Positions 63,560-64,000 of a DNA stretch of 64,000 nt are shown piece after piece. The DNA is taken from the NCBI GenBank assembly GCA_044892505.1, contig CM097882.1, forward strand, positions 172,484,001 through 172,548,000, written 5' to 3'. Below the pieces are notes generated by a model. It had not been told where the DNA came from and searched no databases. It worked only from the letters and a program-made list of their open reading frames with translations. The position numbers and the translations under genes are program-made. The DNA comes from Schmidtea nova. Its lineage: Eukaryota. Within the stretch, counting starts at the first letter, position 1. Every line of letters begins with the position of its first letter.

Positions 63560-64000
63560 TTAGCTTCAACTCATTTCCTGCGTTTGATTTCAAGTTTTAA
63601 CGCGTTGTTGTGTATTGACGCCTGTGGAGTGATTTATGAACTCGTACTTATGGCAGACAGAACTATGAGTAAAATTTAAATTTCTCAGACCAAAGTAGCT
63701 TCGGTGTTCATCAGTCCAGATTGTTAAATTTTGTGCTACCTGTCTGCAAATTATTGGGACTGATTAAGAAGCAGTCTTATTGGGAAATACTGTGGCGAAA
63801 GCTCTTGAAATGTGTTCTTTCACTTCCACGATGCAAAGAGCATCTGTTTTATTGCTAAAGGACCGCCCACGATGGCTTTTACACTTCTAATTAAGCATCG
63901 TTTCATCTATTTGAATGATGCTGTGTGGTCCCCATAGTTTGTTATTGCAAAAATCAGATTCTGGAATTAAATTGACAAATTTTTTCTGTAATATATAATT
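63560..64000 (-). mobile_element. Merlin (IS1016/IS1595-like) transposase pseudogene
   Basis: GPHSIIQIDETML...HRGR...TIWTDEHRSYFGL...HSSVCHKYEFINHSTGVNTQ matches the ISXO2-type DDE layout; stops present. Confidence 0.8.

Overview
AT-rich eukaryotic (most likely invertebrate animal) genomic DNA with two N gaps (13323-13910, 62954-63127). The window lies inside one + strand axonemal dynein heavy chain gene, DNAH10-like (inner-arm dynein f/I1 alpha type). I reconstructed 20 exons (9302-61630, 5216 coding nt, one consistent frame) covering the end of the linker, AAA1-AAA4, the stalk/MTBD and the start of AAA5. Introns are bimodal: seven of 42-75 bp and twelve of 0.85-10.9 kb filled with nested transposons (hAT, piggyBac, Tc1/IS630, Tigger/pogo, Merlin, Ty3/gypsy, a non-LTR RT remnant, many MITEs). 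One intron is GC-AG, and one holds an HSP90 N-terminal pseudogene fragment. The best candidate for something undescribed is a two-ORF cassette I cannot assign to a known family. It occurs twice (about 0.9-2.0 kb on -, about 42.4-43.6 kb on +), is conserved at the protein level, and sits in LTR-retroelement-like context. Also notable: a solo-LTR-like family with copy-specific minisatellites, a palindrome whose loop occurs in both orientations, and a compact gypsy element with 111/119-bp LTRs. No rRNA, tRNA or CRISPR array was seen. All family assignments come from motif recognition by eye; no database search was run.
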